The notes beneath the pieces are model-generated. The model was not told the DNA's origin. It saw only the letters and a list, made by a program, of their open reading frames with translations, and did not search any database. Positions 25,529 through 37,793 of a DNA stretch of 64,000 bases are shown one piece after another. Origin of the DNA: Lepidodermella squamata (Eukaryota; Animalia; Gastrotricha); NCBI GenBank assembly GCA_047495785.1, contig JBLDXI010000078.1, positions 27,985-91,984 on the forward strand, read 5' to 3'. Position 1 is the first letter of the stretch. Each line of letters opens with the position of its first letter. A program made the position numbers and the translations under genes.

Positions 25529-26976
25529 TTAGAATTTTCGATTCAGCATTTTTGACTGCCAGGCAACCATGCCCGATTCGGACTGGAACCAGATGGTTAA
25601 ATTCGAGCGCAACTGCTGGCCGTGGTCGAAACCCTTTTTCTCGGTGACGCGAATATTCTCTGGGACGAAATTCGGAAGCGCGCCTTCTTTCTCGATCTCC
25701 TGCCACGTGTCCCACGCCTCGCGATCGCCGATGTTGTAGTTAGAAACCTCGGCCATTGCGAAATTATGAAGCGTACAGATGGCCAGCACGGCGTCTTCTG
25801 CCATTTCTGGGCTCAACTCCATCACTTTCCGAAGTAGGCGGAATCTAGCTGATGCAATGCCGAATGCGTTTTCGACGACACGCCGACCGCGAGATAAACG
25901 ATAATTAAAAGTTTGCTTATTAGCCGGCAAATTTCCGGATGTTTGTCCGGGATAGGGTGAAAGGAAGTTCCAGTCTAGCCCGAACGCCGCATCGCCAACA
26001 AAATAATGGTTCGCCTTCATATTGCCACCAGGTAGAGGAATAGACTCTGTTGGCGTGGTGTTGCTGCAATATTCCAGCAGGCCGCTATTCTTGAATACCC
26101 CGCCGTCACTGAAACGGCCGTGGGCACCGACATCGACCAGGCAGAAGCGATACTTGGCGTCAACCACCGCCATTAGCACAATCGAGTAAGTTCCCTAAAA
26201 AAATAAAAAAATAAATAAAAAAAAACCAAAAAAATTAAAATTAAAAATTTACAATTTAATTTTGAGAATATTTTTTTAAATAAAATAAAATAAAATAAAA
26301 TAAAATAAAATAAAATAAAATAAAATAAAATAAAATAAAATAAAATAAAATAAAAAATAAATAAATAAATAAATAAATAAAAATTGCTACCAACCTTATA
26401 ATTATAATATTCGCTCCCAGATTTTGCCGGACGAACGATGACGCAGTGTTTTCCGTCTACCGCGCCGCAGCAGAACGGCAAATTCCAGTACTGGCCAAAC
26501 TCGGCGGCGTTCTCTCGCCACGTTTCAGCGGTGGGAGTCGGCATGTAAATTGGCATTAGGGCGGTTGAGATCGCACGCATAGTTCTTTTCAAAATCGAAT
26601 GAACTGTTGCCACGCCCATTCGAAACGAGTATGACAGGCTTGTCATCGACTCTCCAGTTGCTAAAAAACGAACGGTCAGCGCCATTTTTTCTTCGAGCGA
26701 GATGCCATGCCGGCCGAATATCGACGGCTTGGCAGTAATAGGCCGTACCAGTGCGACAAGTTTGTTGAATGCGGCAATATCGAGGCGATAATAATTTTGA
26801 AATCGCTCATTATCCATCAGCAGCTCGCGGTGTAGACAATGGAAATGACCCAGCATTGGCCGTTGCCGATTCACCGGGTGAATGCCATAACGACGCACTT
26901 TTTTCTGTGCTCGTTTTCGGCGTAAATGCAACGCTAAGCCGATTAGAAGAGCCTTGCGTCTACGGTCGCGAATCAT
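25529..26976 (-). CDS. Harbinger (HARBI1-like, DDE_Tnp_4) transposase, about 415 aa; exons 26976-26395, 26194-25529
   Basis: LTVRFLATGES HTH; catalytic GAVDGKH, VGDAAF, VVENAFG; YYNYK|GTYSIVLMA junction is in frame. Confidence 0.93.
26278..26382 (+). repeat. (TAAAA)n/(TAAA)n microsatellite in the transposase intron
   Basis: Directly visible tandem repeat. Confidence 0.95.
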
Positions 26977-27265
26977 TTCAGGAGAAGAGAAATTAATTAA
27001 ATTTTCTTAATCAGATTAGTGGCATCCAGGTGAGCGAGGCGAGGCGAGCATGACGACGAGCGTGGCGGCCGCGCATTGACGCAGCGCCTGCCGCCATCTT
27101 GGCGGTGCGCCCTTTGATTTCTCAACATGGCGTCCGAAAATGCCGCGATTTTGGGTTATTTAAACCAATCCAACATCAGCTAGGGTATCATCGCTCAACT
27201 CAAAACTCGCCGAAAACTAGACTTTCACTCAGCTTTTACTCGAATTTGGCTAGTTTTTCGTTAAA

Positions 27266-28363
27266 ATGAACGACATGCGCTATTATTTTCCGTCGTCGTC
27301 GTCGTCGTCGTCTCAGGTGACTTTCGATGACAGCCAACCGTACACGATGATGCAACCGTCTCAACACATGTCGTACTCGCAGTTGCCGCCAACACCGGTT
27401 CCGCCCAACAATTCTCGCCCGTCCTCGTCGGCTTCTTCGTCGTCGTCCGCGTCTTCTTCGATTTCGTTCGAGCAGCATCGCTCCGAGGTGCATGCCGCTA
27501 TTATCGAGTTTGTTCGACACAACCCGTCGCTTTGGCTGCCGTCAGACGTCAAATACAGCGACGTAGTCTTCAAAAATGCCCTGTGGGCTACTCTGGCCAC
27601 ACGCCTTCCGATGAAGCCCGCGACAGCGTCAGCCCCGGCACAGCCGTACACCTACAAAGAAGTGAGCGAGGAGTGGCAGCGTCTTCGCGACCGCTTCACT
27701 AAATGCCACAAGCAGTACGTGGCGAGCGGCTCGGCAGCTGAGAAGACTGTCCGTTTCGCCTTCTACGAGGCGATGACCTTTCTGGCGGACGTAGTGATGT
27801 ACAAAAACAAGTGAGTTATTTTATTTATTTTTTTTTAAATGAAAAATGTGCGGAAAATCGGAAACAAATTGCTTAAATTTTTCATATTTTTCAGAACGAA
27901 GTCGAATTTACCTGTTTCTTCGGCGTTACCTGCGTCAGTTGCCCGGCAACTTCGCCCCGACACGCCTCACACGCCTCAAACGCCTCAAACGCCTCAAACG
28001 CCTCAAGTCAATGCTACTGGCGATTCTTCCGGCGACGCTGGTCAGTTGAACCCTCCGCCCGTCTTAGCCGGCGTTCAAGACTCGCAGTCGAACTTCATCG
28101 AACAGTCGACACCGTCAGCAGCAGCGGCAAGCAGTGGTCGGAAGAAGCGGAAGGCGGAAGAATCTGAAGAACTTGACCCACTTACCCGGGCGATAATCGC
28201 CTCGCTCGAGGGCGAGCCGCTCTTAACAGAGCGCCGTCGCGCTATTAATGAACAATTTGCGTCGATTTTGAATATTATTGATGAATCACCTCTCAGCAAA
28301 AGCGAAATATCGCGCTTGTTTTTCGATATTAGTGATTTAGTCCGTCGCACGGTGTTCAACTAA
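27266..28363 (+). CDS. Harbinger MADF/Myb-like DNA-binding protein, about 337 aa; exons 27266-27810, 27895-28363
   Basis: IIEFVRHNPSLW..Y..KNALW..W.RLRDRF..FYEAMTFL MADF signature; RKKRK NLS; phase-2 intron in frame. Confidence 0.9.
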
Positions 28364-29236
28364 TTGTAAATTGTTTTGTAATTTTTTGTTGAATTTTTGT
28401 CTTAAATTGTTGAAATGTGTTGTAGTATATGGTGTTGTAATTTCCGCTGTTGTTGAGCCCAATAAAACTTTTCCGCTCTTCGTTAGATTCTTTTGTTTAA
28501 ACTCTTCGGTTCGGACGCACTTCGGACGGTAGTTTTGCGGGTCTCCGATCCGACGTTCATTGTTTTGCGTGCGCGCGCTGCGTCGGACGCGCTATTGTTC
28601 AAACTTCGGGCGCGCAGGCCGAAGTGCGCGCGTTTGTGAAAGAAAATCTGAACGTCGGGCAACTATTACGCTACTTCGGTCGCCTATTACGAAACTTCGG
28701 GCGCCGAAAACGTCGGACGCTCGTCGGACGCATTTGTGAAAGCACCATAGCTTTTATCGCCCGGTCTGTTGTGAGGAAGCGACGCGCTGCGAGGAATCAC
28801 CCCGCAGTTTTTCTGAGGCGCATCGCATCCGCTGTGTACGTACTGGCCACGATTATCGTCGCCGGCGTGGCTATAGGACTGCTTGTCAGCCGCTCAAGTC
28901 AAGCTTTGATCATTCTTGGCGCGATCATAGGCTTGCTGTTTGCCGTTGTCAACAACGTCCTGATTTTGCTGATGAAACTCAAAAAACCCATCAGATCGCG
29001 GGGTACGACTCCATCACGCATTGAGGATGTATACGCTCAGCCGAATGGTTTCCAGGCACGTTCCTGGATCAGCCCTTCCCCTTTGAGGCGTATTTATGCC
29101 CCACCAGATATGCACTGATTTTATCTTGAAATAAAAATGTTCAAAGTTCAGATTGGCAGAGAACAATCTGAAATTTTATTTTATTTTGACCATAGTGGCG
29201 TCTTTGAAAGCGGAGCATTAATGTCAAAGGACAAGC

Positions 29237-29392
29237 AGGACGTGAAGTACAGGGGGAATGAGGGGAATTGTGCGCCCGTTTGGCAGGCTAAGGTGGAAAA
29301 GAAACAAAAAGACCACAGGGGGGCCCTTAGGTCATAAAGTTTGGGCCCGATAACATCCCCTAGTATAGGAAGATCCTATACCTCGCGCACTG
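29237..29392. mobile_element. Diverged copy of the 160-bp hAT MITE; further partial copies at about 30676-30785 and 40985-41072
   Basis: GAAGTACAGGGG..CCACAGGGGG..GATCCTA..CGCGCACTG matches the copies at 3839 and 15076. Confidence 0.6.
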
Positions 29393-30869
29393 GTGGCGAG
29401 TGATTCGGGTCTTTGTTATGAAAAAGTCTTGAGCACTCGTTGCATTGCGTCTAATTTCATTTGAAAACAAGTAAGCAATCGCCGATTGCCAATCCCAGAC
29501 TGGAAAGCCCTAAGCTAATTTCTAGATACTAATTATGAGACCTAAAAAATGAGTCATTTTGTACAACACGGCGCATTTTCGCGACCTTATTTCGAAGAGG
29601 TTAATCAGCCCGATACTGGAACACGATTATTGCCTTCGATCAATTGTCCATTGTCAAAACCAGTTTGAAAAAATCAGTAGGCGAATTAAAACAAAACAAA
29701 ATATGTGGACTAGTTCATTGTCTGCTCCTTGTTGCACAATCGCTAGCGCGTGCTTCCGCGCCATGAATTTTTGATCGCTAACAAGCAAAAAATGCTTCTT
29801 TACAACAATAATAATTCGGAGCTCGAAGCCGGTTTTTTGCTACATATCATCTGATTGACGTGACAGTTTAAAATATAGAATTTAGTTTTTTCAGCCTAAC
29901 ATCTAATTCGGTCTGAACATTTTCCGCTGGAATTCCAGTTTTAGGTTTTATCTCTTTTATGATTCTTGTATTCATATATATTCTCTTGTACTTCTGCTGA
30001 AATGAGTTCGCAATAAATTATACCAGCTTCTATTTCTATTTTGCCCATTCAGTGGCTCAGCTTTTCAAAATGAGCTGGTGAATTTAATGTTTGTCTGAAA
30101 CTTAGATTGCAGTCACCTCTCACGCAAGAAATGATTCCCACAGTATTTGTCCACAGTATTAACCAGGTCGGAGTTAATTAAACAAAACTCGCCTGAATAA
30201 TTGTCCACCTTTAGTTTAGAATATTATTCCGAGGCAACGGAACCAGATTCCTTCGAAAACCTATACTTGTTTAATCTTCATCTGCTTTTTTGTGTTTGTG
30301 TGTTTGTGCGTTTGTGGTATAATTTTATTTGCTAATCTAACGAAATTGATATATTTTTTAGTCAAATCACATATTTTTAACACGAATGGGTTGATTAATT
30401 TAAACGGGTTATTTCCAGCATCAGGATTATTTCAAAGCTCATAAGCCCAAGATAGGGCAGCTTGACATGTTAGGGAAAACTACATACAACATATATTTGC
30501 AGGATGGGTTCAGATCTAGGACAGGATAAGTGTTACGGCAAAACTTTATACGCAACAGATTTTCTTGTTCGATCTTCCTTTTCCAGCCTTATAAGCCATC
30601 ATGACTGCAAATGAAATTTCAAGATATTCCCATTGCTATTGTCTATTGTCTGTACAGATTCAAAATCATTGATCACAGTGTGCGAAGTAGGATCCAGGAG
30701 CTGAGGTTTGTTCTAGCACCCAGGCGAAAAAACCAAAGGGACCCTCCGACTGGAAGTACTGGAGTCGCGACAACCCAGCACCCTTAGCTATAAATTGACG
30801 CCTGGTACTCGTCTAGAACTTTTTTCTATCATAACATTTTCCTATTCAAATATTTATATTCTGAATCAA

Positions 30870-33088
30870 ATGGCTACTCACATTCGCAGCATTATTCTGG
30901 TGGGGCTAGCCAGTTCGGTAGTCTCAGTTGAGTACAAGCGCTGCTTCTCCCGCGTCAATGACAGCTTCACCGGTTGCAAAACGGCCTGTTCCTTCCTCGA
31001 TGAAGTTCAGGCAAGGGAAAAATTTCGACTTGTGAATTTTCCATGAAGGCTCTTGTTTTTCAGCTCGGACTTGCTTTACCGTCATCCACAAGTTGCTCAG
31101 ATGGGGTGATATTTTGAATCCTAATTCAATGTGATGAACGTGTTTTTTTCTAGTCGGCTAGAAGCTGCTTCAACTACAAAACAATCAATATGCGTTGCAT
31201 CCCTCGCAACCTGGGCTGTTCATCAAGTGATGAAGTAATGGTTAGTTTTTTTCAACTGTAGCAATTTGCGTTATTTATTATTTTTAATGAGATTGCTGAA
31301 TTCTTGGGCAATAACTTTGAAACGCAGTATAAGCTGTGCGGGTCAGCAATTAAACATTTCCTGGTGAGAAATTTGAAGTAAGATCACGAGAAAATGCCAT
31401 TTCGCCATTGTAGAATGTTCAAGCGGCGGTTTGCGACAACAAAGGTCAGCGAACCTGCATCCCAATCAATGGCTCTTGCCCGAATAGCGGAGTGAGTACT
31501 TTTTCGTACAAATCCCAAAAGGCTCCTTCTTCCTCTCTCAGAAAGTTGTGCGCTATTGGTCGACAACGTTGTCTTGCATGACTCAAGAAAATCGTAAGTT
31601 GCCGATATGCGATCGTCACAAACAAGACGATGAGCATTGAGTCAAAATGAGACTTCACGTCTTTTCATTTCAGTTAAGCGTAATGATGGCGATTTTGTTC
31701 CGCACAATCGCTGTTTTCTTCAGAGCGACCGGTCCTTTCTCGGATGTCGATCAACGCCTTGCATTGCGACCAATACGACTCGGGTAATAATTTGAAGAAT
31801 AAATAATACATCATTTATTTTATAATTTCCAAGTCCTACAGCAGCGCGACTTACATCGACAAAGCTCACTGTATAAATGGCGTTAGTTTGAAAATATGCG
31901 CAATTCTTAATTATCCTGGCTCATTTTACGTTTCAACAGCCGGCAGCAGTTTGTTCCTCGTCAAATGGCTTGGTTTGCCGCAATAACTGTCCACCCCCAA
32001 TGTCAGTGGTAGGTTCGAGTGAGATGTAATCGTGTCACATGACTATGTTTTCGCTAATGTTTTAGGTTTCGATCTTTAGCTCGAAAACTGACTTCGAGAG
32101 CAACTACGCCGATTGCCTCCTCACGCTGGTTTAAAAGAATTTGCCCATCGTAATAGGATTTGACACCTCAAAATATCGCTAGGAGCCTCATCAACTCTGC
32201 GCTGATCAAGCAGCTTACACCTTCGTGAAATGTATCCTCGTTTCGAATGTTACATCTTGCCCGGCCGGCATCTTCGCCGGTGCCATCTTCAATACACTGA
32301 ACGGTTGCACATCAGGTAAATGTTGATATTTTGTCGTCAGAATATTTCATTACCTTCAAATTTGACACCCAGCACCCCAGGCCATGTATCCCCATCGTCG
32401 CTGCTTTGAATCAACAGGGCTGACATTCTCAGGTTGCAAACAAGCCCCGCAGCTGTGCGATGGCAGCAATGTAGGATGTTTTTGGTGGCAATTAGCTGAT
32501 TTTAACAATTATTTTACAGACCCTTAGTCCTACGGTCTACATTACTAAAGCGGAATGTGAGGCTGGGGTGAGTATGCGCTTTCAGCTGGAGATTTCCTCA
32601 TTAGCATACTTTATTATGGCGAAATAGTTGATTCGACTGTGCTACGACGCGACAACTGGTGGTACATGTCGTGAAACTTGCCCGACAGGAACCGGACGAT
32701 ACGACGTGAGAATGATATCGGCTCAAAATTTAGCCCATTTAAAAGTATTGTTTATCAGCTCGGTGAAGTTGGATCTCGAGACTCCCTCGCTGAATCTTTC
32801 GATCAGTGCCGAACGTTGATTCAGGTAACAACTTTACATTAGGTATTTTCGTTTTACTTTTCTCATCAAATCAGGGCAAACACATCAAATGCGTTGACAG
32901 AGTGACGAAATCCTCTGTTGTTTGCGCTCCGCAAACCAGGGACTGCCCAGCCAACTCGGTACGCTTGAATTTTTTCAATGCTGATCAGCACGTGAAACCA
33001 GTTCTCTTCATCATAGATCGCCCTGGCCAATGGTCAAATTTTCGACAGCTTCGCGATTTGTAAAATGGAGTATGCCTTTTTAAACTAA
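30870..33088 (+). CDS. Secreted Cys-rich modular protein, paralog A: 17 exons, about 446 aa, nine 4-Cys modules
   Basis: Exons 30870-31010, 31064-31105, 31154-31240, 31292-31363, 31414-31491, 31542-31593, 31674-31783, 31834-31881, 31940-32008, 32066-32128, 32183-32315, 32373-32470, 32520-32567, 32628-32705, 32759-32824, 32875-32958, 33017-33088 splice to an open frame with a signal peptide and 36 Cys; exons are conserved with paralogs while introns are not. Confidence 0.85.
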
Positions 33089-35074
33089 TTCGGTAGCCTA
33101 AATCTGACTTCAAATTCGAGCTCAGCAGGGTCGAATTACCTTAGCCTTGCCTCGGCTATGCATTTTACGCTGAGAGGTATCCCAAATTGAATTATTTAAA
33201 TTTTTTGCACGCAATTAACGATTTCTCAAATTTATGGGGGCATCGAAAATATCAGCAATGAATGGAATAGCGCGAATAGACCTCTCCAAAGCGAATTTCA
33301 AAAAGAAAAGAACTTTGTTCATCGGCATCCGACATGAGACGTAGCTAGGACGCCGCAGCTGGGCTTTTTACGAGAAAAAAGTGAAATGAGAGATAATGAG
33401 GTCGAAGGTCGCGTTTTGAAAATAATGAGATGAATCATCTCATTATCTTTTGGCGCCAGATGTTGTGATGAAATTTCGAGAAAAAAAGAGTCTTTCATAC
33501 GCCGTAAGTGCTACTTTGCAAGTGAAAAGATGAAAAAAATGCCACGATTAAAAAGATGAAACCATAGATCAATTTTAGAAAATCATGATTTTTATTGCTT
33601 CGGTAAATATTTTCACTATCACAAGGGTAAAGCTGAGCAAATCGGACGAAAATCGTCAAAAATAAAACGGAAAATAATTAGTCTTTTTTTGAATTGCTTT
33701 AGACTTGAACGCAGTGATAAGGAGGATGCTCCAAATTCTTCGCGATAAAATCTCACGGTTCTTCGTGCCAAGATGTATTTGAGGCGGCACAAAGTCGGGA
33801 GAATGATCGATTTTTCTTTGATTTTATTCAACTCGCCGCCCATACGATTTGCCAAATCATCCAGCTTTTTGAAAGTAATCAAATCTTCACGGTACTTCGC
33901 TGAAAGAGCCACCTTAATGATGGCCACAACGTCGCTGGTAATTTAGCAAAGTAAATTGACCAGTCGAAGGTTGACGATAGTAAATTCAATAGCAGGCTGT
34001 CATCCAATAACTCCAGACGAGAGTTTGCAAGGACAATTGCCACGACAATAACTGAGAGGAACCCTCTCATTCTTGAATCTTCTTCAGTTCCAACTTCAAT
34101 AAATTTCCTTCTAAATTGAAAGTAGGACCAGGTAAAATTGAAAAATCCGGCAGAAGCTCCCGCCTACAGAACATTTTCCATCAAAAAATGTCAAGTAAAT
34201 AAATTGATAAAAAATCTTTTTTTAACGTGACCAGGGCCAAGTTCAGGTCCATTCCAGCTAGCTCTATCAATTTAGATGGTGAAAAATGAAGCCCAGCAGA
34301 GGAACAAAGTGAACTGGAACTTGTCAAGTAGGCCAACTTTGGTTCAAGAATGATTACCAGAATCCATCGATAAATCACTAGATTCTTTCCAGAAAGTCGT
34401 CGGTAAAAGTGCCAGTAACATCAGCTACGGTAAGAATGGCAAAGGCCGGTGATTTTGACCAAAACTTGTATAAGAACCAGCCATGTAACACCCGGGTCGG
34501 AATTTACACCAGTCAGCCTTAAAAGAGGCTTTATTACGCTCGGATTTCGAGTAGAAAAAGACGAAAATTATTGTACTAAAATGAGAACTAACACTTTTAC
34601 TCAAGCTGTGTTCTCTCTTCAAGTTGCGCAACATACATAAAATTTTCGCATTTTAATGAAAATTGAATCGTTTCCTTGATTTTGATCAGGAAATCCTGAA
34701 AACTGAATCCAGCCTAGACCTTTCCGTGGCTTATTCAGAAACTTCGAAATCTTCTCCGAGGCTGGAACCTGGATCCAGCTTGGTAACTATGGAACCGGAA
34801 CATTTCTTCTCCTTTTTGAAATTGACCCCGCTTTAATTTATAAAAATTTCAGGGATTATTTAATTTTCTTTTCTTTTCAAACCCTGAAATTTTAATTTTT
34901 ACAGTATAAGAATATTCTTGAATATTCATGCATGAGACCAGCATGACACCCCCGTTTGCATGGCGGGGTTCAAGCTGCTGCGTCCTAGCTACGTCTCATG
35001 GCATCCGAGATCTCAATTTTCGAAAACGCGGTCTGCGACTTTCAGGAATTATTGGAACCTTTTTGTGTTTCCCA

Positions 35075-35570
35075 GTTACCACCGATGCCAGGCCGCCGAT
35101 GGTTCGCCAACATGTCGGGCCAGCGCCGGGGGCTGTTTGACCACCGAAACCGCTTTCCACCGGACACCTTGTTCCCAAGCGCGTCAAGCTGCCAAAACGC
35201 CGTGAAAACATTTTTCATCACAGGGGGCATAGGAGAAATTGCGAAAGATGAAGCTGTGTTCAATTGCGCAAACGAAAATGGTCGCATCGCGATGCCGAAA
35301 ACTAGCGATGAGTTAACGGAAGCCAGGAAGGTTAACGTGGACAGGTCTACGGTTGATTCATGGGTTGGCATGGTTCTGTCTAAAGCTAAAGAACTCACGT
35401 GGCAAGACGGGACAGCGTACACATTTAACAGGGCTGATTGGCTCTATCGCGGCTCAGAAAGATGTGTCAGGTTTGAGCGCAATACTGCCACTGGCAATTA
35501 CCTGTTCAGAACCGACTCTTGTAACAACATGTTTTCCTATGCAACATGCGAGACGTATATGCCTGGATGA
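35075..35570 (+). CDS. C-type lectin domain exon preceded by a frameshifted 4-Cys module; 5' end unresolved, possibly a pseudogene
   Basis: EAVFNC..GRIAMPKT..SWVGM..TWQDGT..W..ERCV..DSC..TCE CTLD pattern. Confidence 0.7.
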
Positions 35571-35854
35571 AGAAAAGGCTCTGAACGGGTCTCAGGTGCA
35601 CATCTGCTGCTCTATTTCTCTGACGATCCAATACATTTGTCGTTTCAATTGACACTTATCCCGAATTAGATAGATAGATAAGTTAGCAGATAATATGATG
35701 TGATTGTGAAGTCCACAGCTTAATCCAGGATCCTGGTCAAGTTTAATTTTGAGTACTAAATCCTGAATTTCCCACTACCAATTTTTTAACTTTGTCCTGT
35801 CTTCTTTAGAACGCTTTTTTATTACCGCATTTCTCTTTTCGAATATTTAAATTT

Positions 35855-36443
35855 TGAAGCAACAAGTCTTCGCAATATTCTTTTGCTGGGACTAGCCAGT
35901 TTGGCTGTTTCATTCGAGTACAAACGCTGCTTCTCCCGGCTCAACGACACTGTTCGTTTTTCGAGGGAGTTCAGGTATGTGAACATCTTTTTATATAATA
36001 TGTGTTGACATATTCATTAGCTCGGATATGACCTGCCGTCTGTGGCAGTGTGGGGTGAGATTTTGCGATTTTCTATCATTGTAGTTCGATAACAGGCTCA
36101 TTTGATTTTTCGCAGACTGCTGAATACCATAGCAGCATCTTGACAGCAGAATACTCGAGCGACGCTTTGCGACAGAAATGGTGAGTTAGTCTTACGTATT
36201 CTTAACATGAATACCAATGCCACGCAACGGTGTTGCTTTCCTCCCACACTATCGATGCTCTTTCTCCAGAGCGACCGCTCCTTTGTTGGCTGCCGACCGC
36301 CTTGCAACTCGAACTACATGACACAGGTGAAATTTTGTGAAATTTTGAACAATGATCGAAAGAAAATAGAATTTTGATGACTAACAAACAAGTTCTTAAA
36401 TTTCAGTCCTTCACCGACAAAGCTCTTTGCAACAATGGAGTGG
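35855..36443 (+). pseudogene. Cys-rich modular family paralog B, decayed
   Basis: EYKRCFSRLND and HYRC..LQSDRSFVGC exons are recognisable, but with no ATG, internal deletions and frameshifts. Confidence 0.8.
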
Positions 36444-37793
36444 GTTTATTTTATGGGAAATGGGAAGAGTGTTTTACTTAACTTATAACATCTGACTGGT
36501 AACGAGTGAAAATTCGGATTCGGCGTCTTATTTTTCTGTATTTTCCAGCAAATGGCTGATCTGTTGTTGACTTGAAGTGGGACGATTCTTGGATTCCTTA
36601 TCCTTTGTCAGCCTTTCTTGAGGATTTCGAATTTTTGATATTCAGACCTCTAGGAGGCCCCCTTCCAGCTAAGAAAACGGGAGACCCCACAGTTCCTCCG
36701 AAATGTCTCCTCTGAGATGCCGCGTGCATGAATTGACGAAATTTTAAATGAGAAATTTGATGCTGCTAGTGCTAGCTTTTATTTATGCTGACTCCTAAGC
36801 AGTATACGTGTACTATAAATTCAGCTATACCTATATCTTCATCAAAAGCTAGCTCACTAAATGAATGCACGAAAAGTAACAACGTCCCGAACGTCCAAAG
36901 CGTTACATAAAAATGGGCTTACTTAGCGCCTTGCGTTACCCCAATCATAGATCACTTCGTTCTGTATGACCCAAATGAATGAAATTGAACTACAACAATT
37001 GGACGAAAAAATCAAGGCGCAATAGTGTTTGAGGTCAGATGCATTTCATTTCGTCCTATTGAAAAAATAGTTCATTCAGCCCGAATCTGGAACGCAGCTA
37101 TTGTCTTCGATCTATTGTCCATAGTCGAAACGAGGTTGAAATAACGATAGGCTAATAACAGCTAATAAAAAGTGAACTAGTTTGTTGTCTGACTGTTGTT
37201 GCAAAATCGCAATCGCGAGCTGGCAGGGCATCAATTTATTTATTTCTAACGAGCACAAAACGCCTCTATTGGACAAGTGAAATTTCATTTCGTCCGAAAT
37301 ATTTATGGGATTAGTACGAGTAGCGGCCTCGGATTCTTTGACCATAACAACCAAACCAGGTTAATTATAAAGGACGAAAAGTCGCAGCGAACCGCGAACT
37401 TTTACCTTGAAACATGTCCATTTTAGGTTTTACACTCGCAAATTCTTGTTATGTGCAGTGGAATTTATCGCGAGGCAAATCACTTTTCCAGTGCTAAGAT
37501 CTAAGGATGAAGCTCATTTGGATAAATATTATTTTGCCTGTCTAACTTAATCTTCACATATATTTTTCAATGTAGCGAATTGAGTAACGATTACGGGATT
37601 AGTTTCAACGATCATACGATCACGTCCAAATTCTCCGTTAAAAGTCTCTCAAATGCCCATTTCAAATAAAATAAAATATGATCGATATGAATTGAGAATG
37701 TTTGAGTAGGGTAGCTAATTAAGTTGATGACCTATGATTGCTGTTTTTATTTAGGACGCTTATTTTATGATCACATTTTCTATTCTGAATTAA

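Larger units (their letters stand above)
25039..28746. mobile_element. Intact autonomous PIF/Harbinger-type DNA transposon (3708 bp)
   Basis: 25-bp TIR GGTGCTTTCACAAATGCGTC(G/C)GACG with one mismatch; AT on both flanks; divergent DDE nuclease and MADF genes. Confidence 0.95.
23219..29118 (+). pseudogene. GABA-B-like class C GPCR (Venus-flytrap plus TM segments) interrupted by a Harbinger insertion; segments 23219-23869, 23917-25038, about 28747-29118
   Basis: Signal peptide; LAVEKL..WLPGYDLQFDLIDDRCE; KMGWKRVAVL; PRIIM; WYTDDGSPPKD before TM1; hydrophobic helices resume just after the right TIR. Confidence 0.8.

Noticed and set aside
26173-26394. Hydrophobic FYFILFYFIL tail of the 267-aa ORF
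   Set aside because: Translation of an intronic (TATTT)n microsatellite
28624-28746. N-terminal part of the 164-aa ORF as a gene start
   Set aside because: Lies in the Harbinger right end; only the part after 28746 is receptor-derived
33619-34070. Two overlapping minus ORFs, one with a signal-like start (MRGFLSVIVVAIVLA)
   Set aside because: Needs a frameshift, has no known motif, and cannot be supported as a gene
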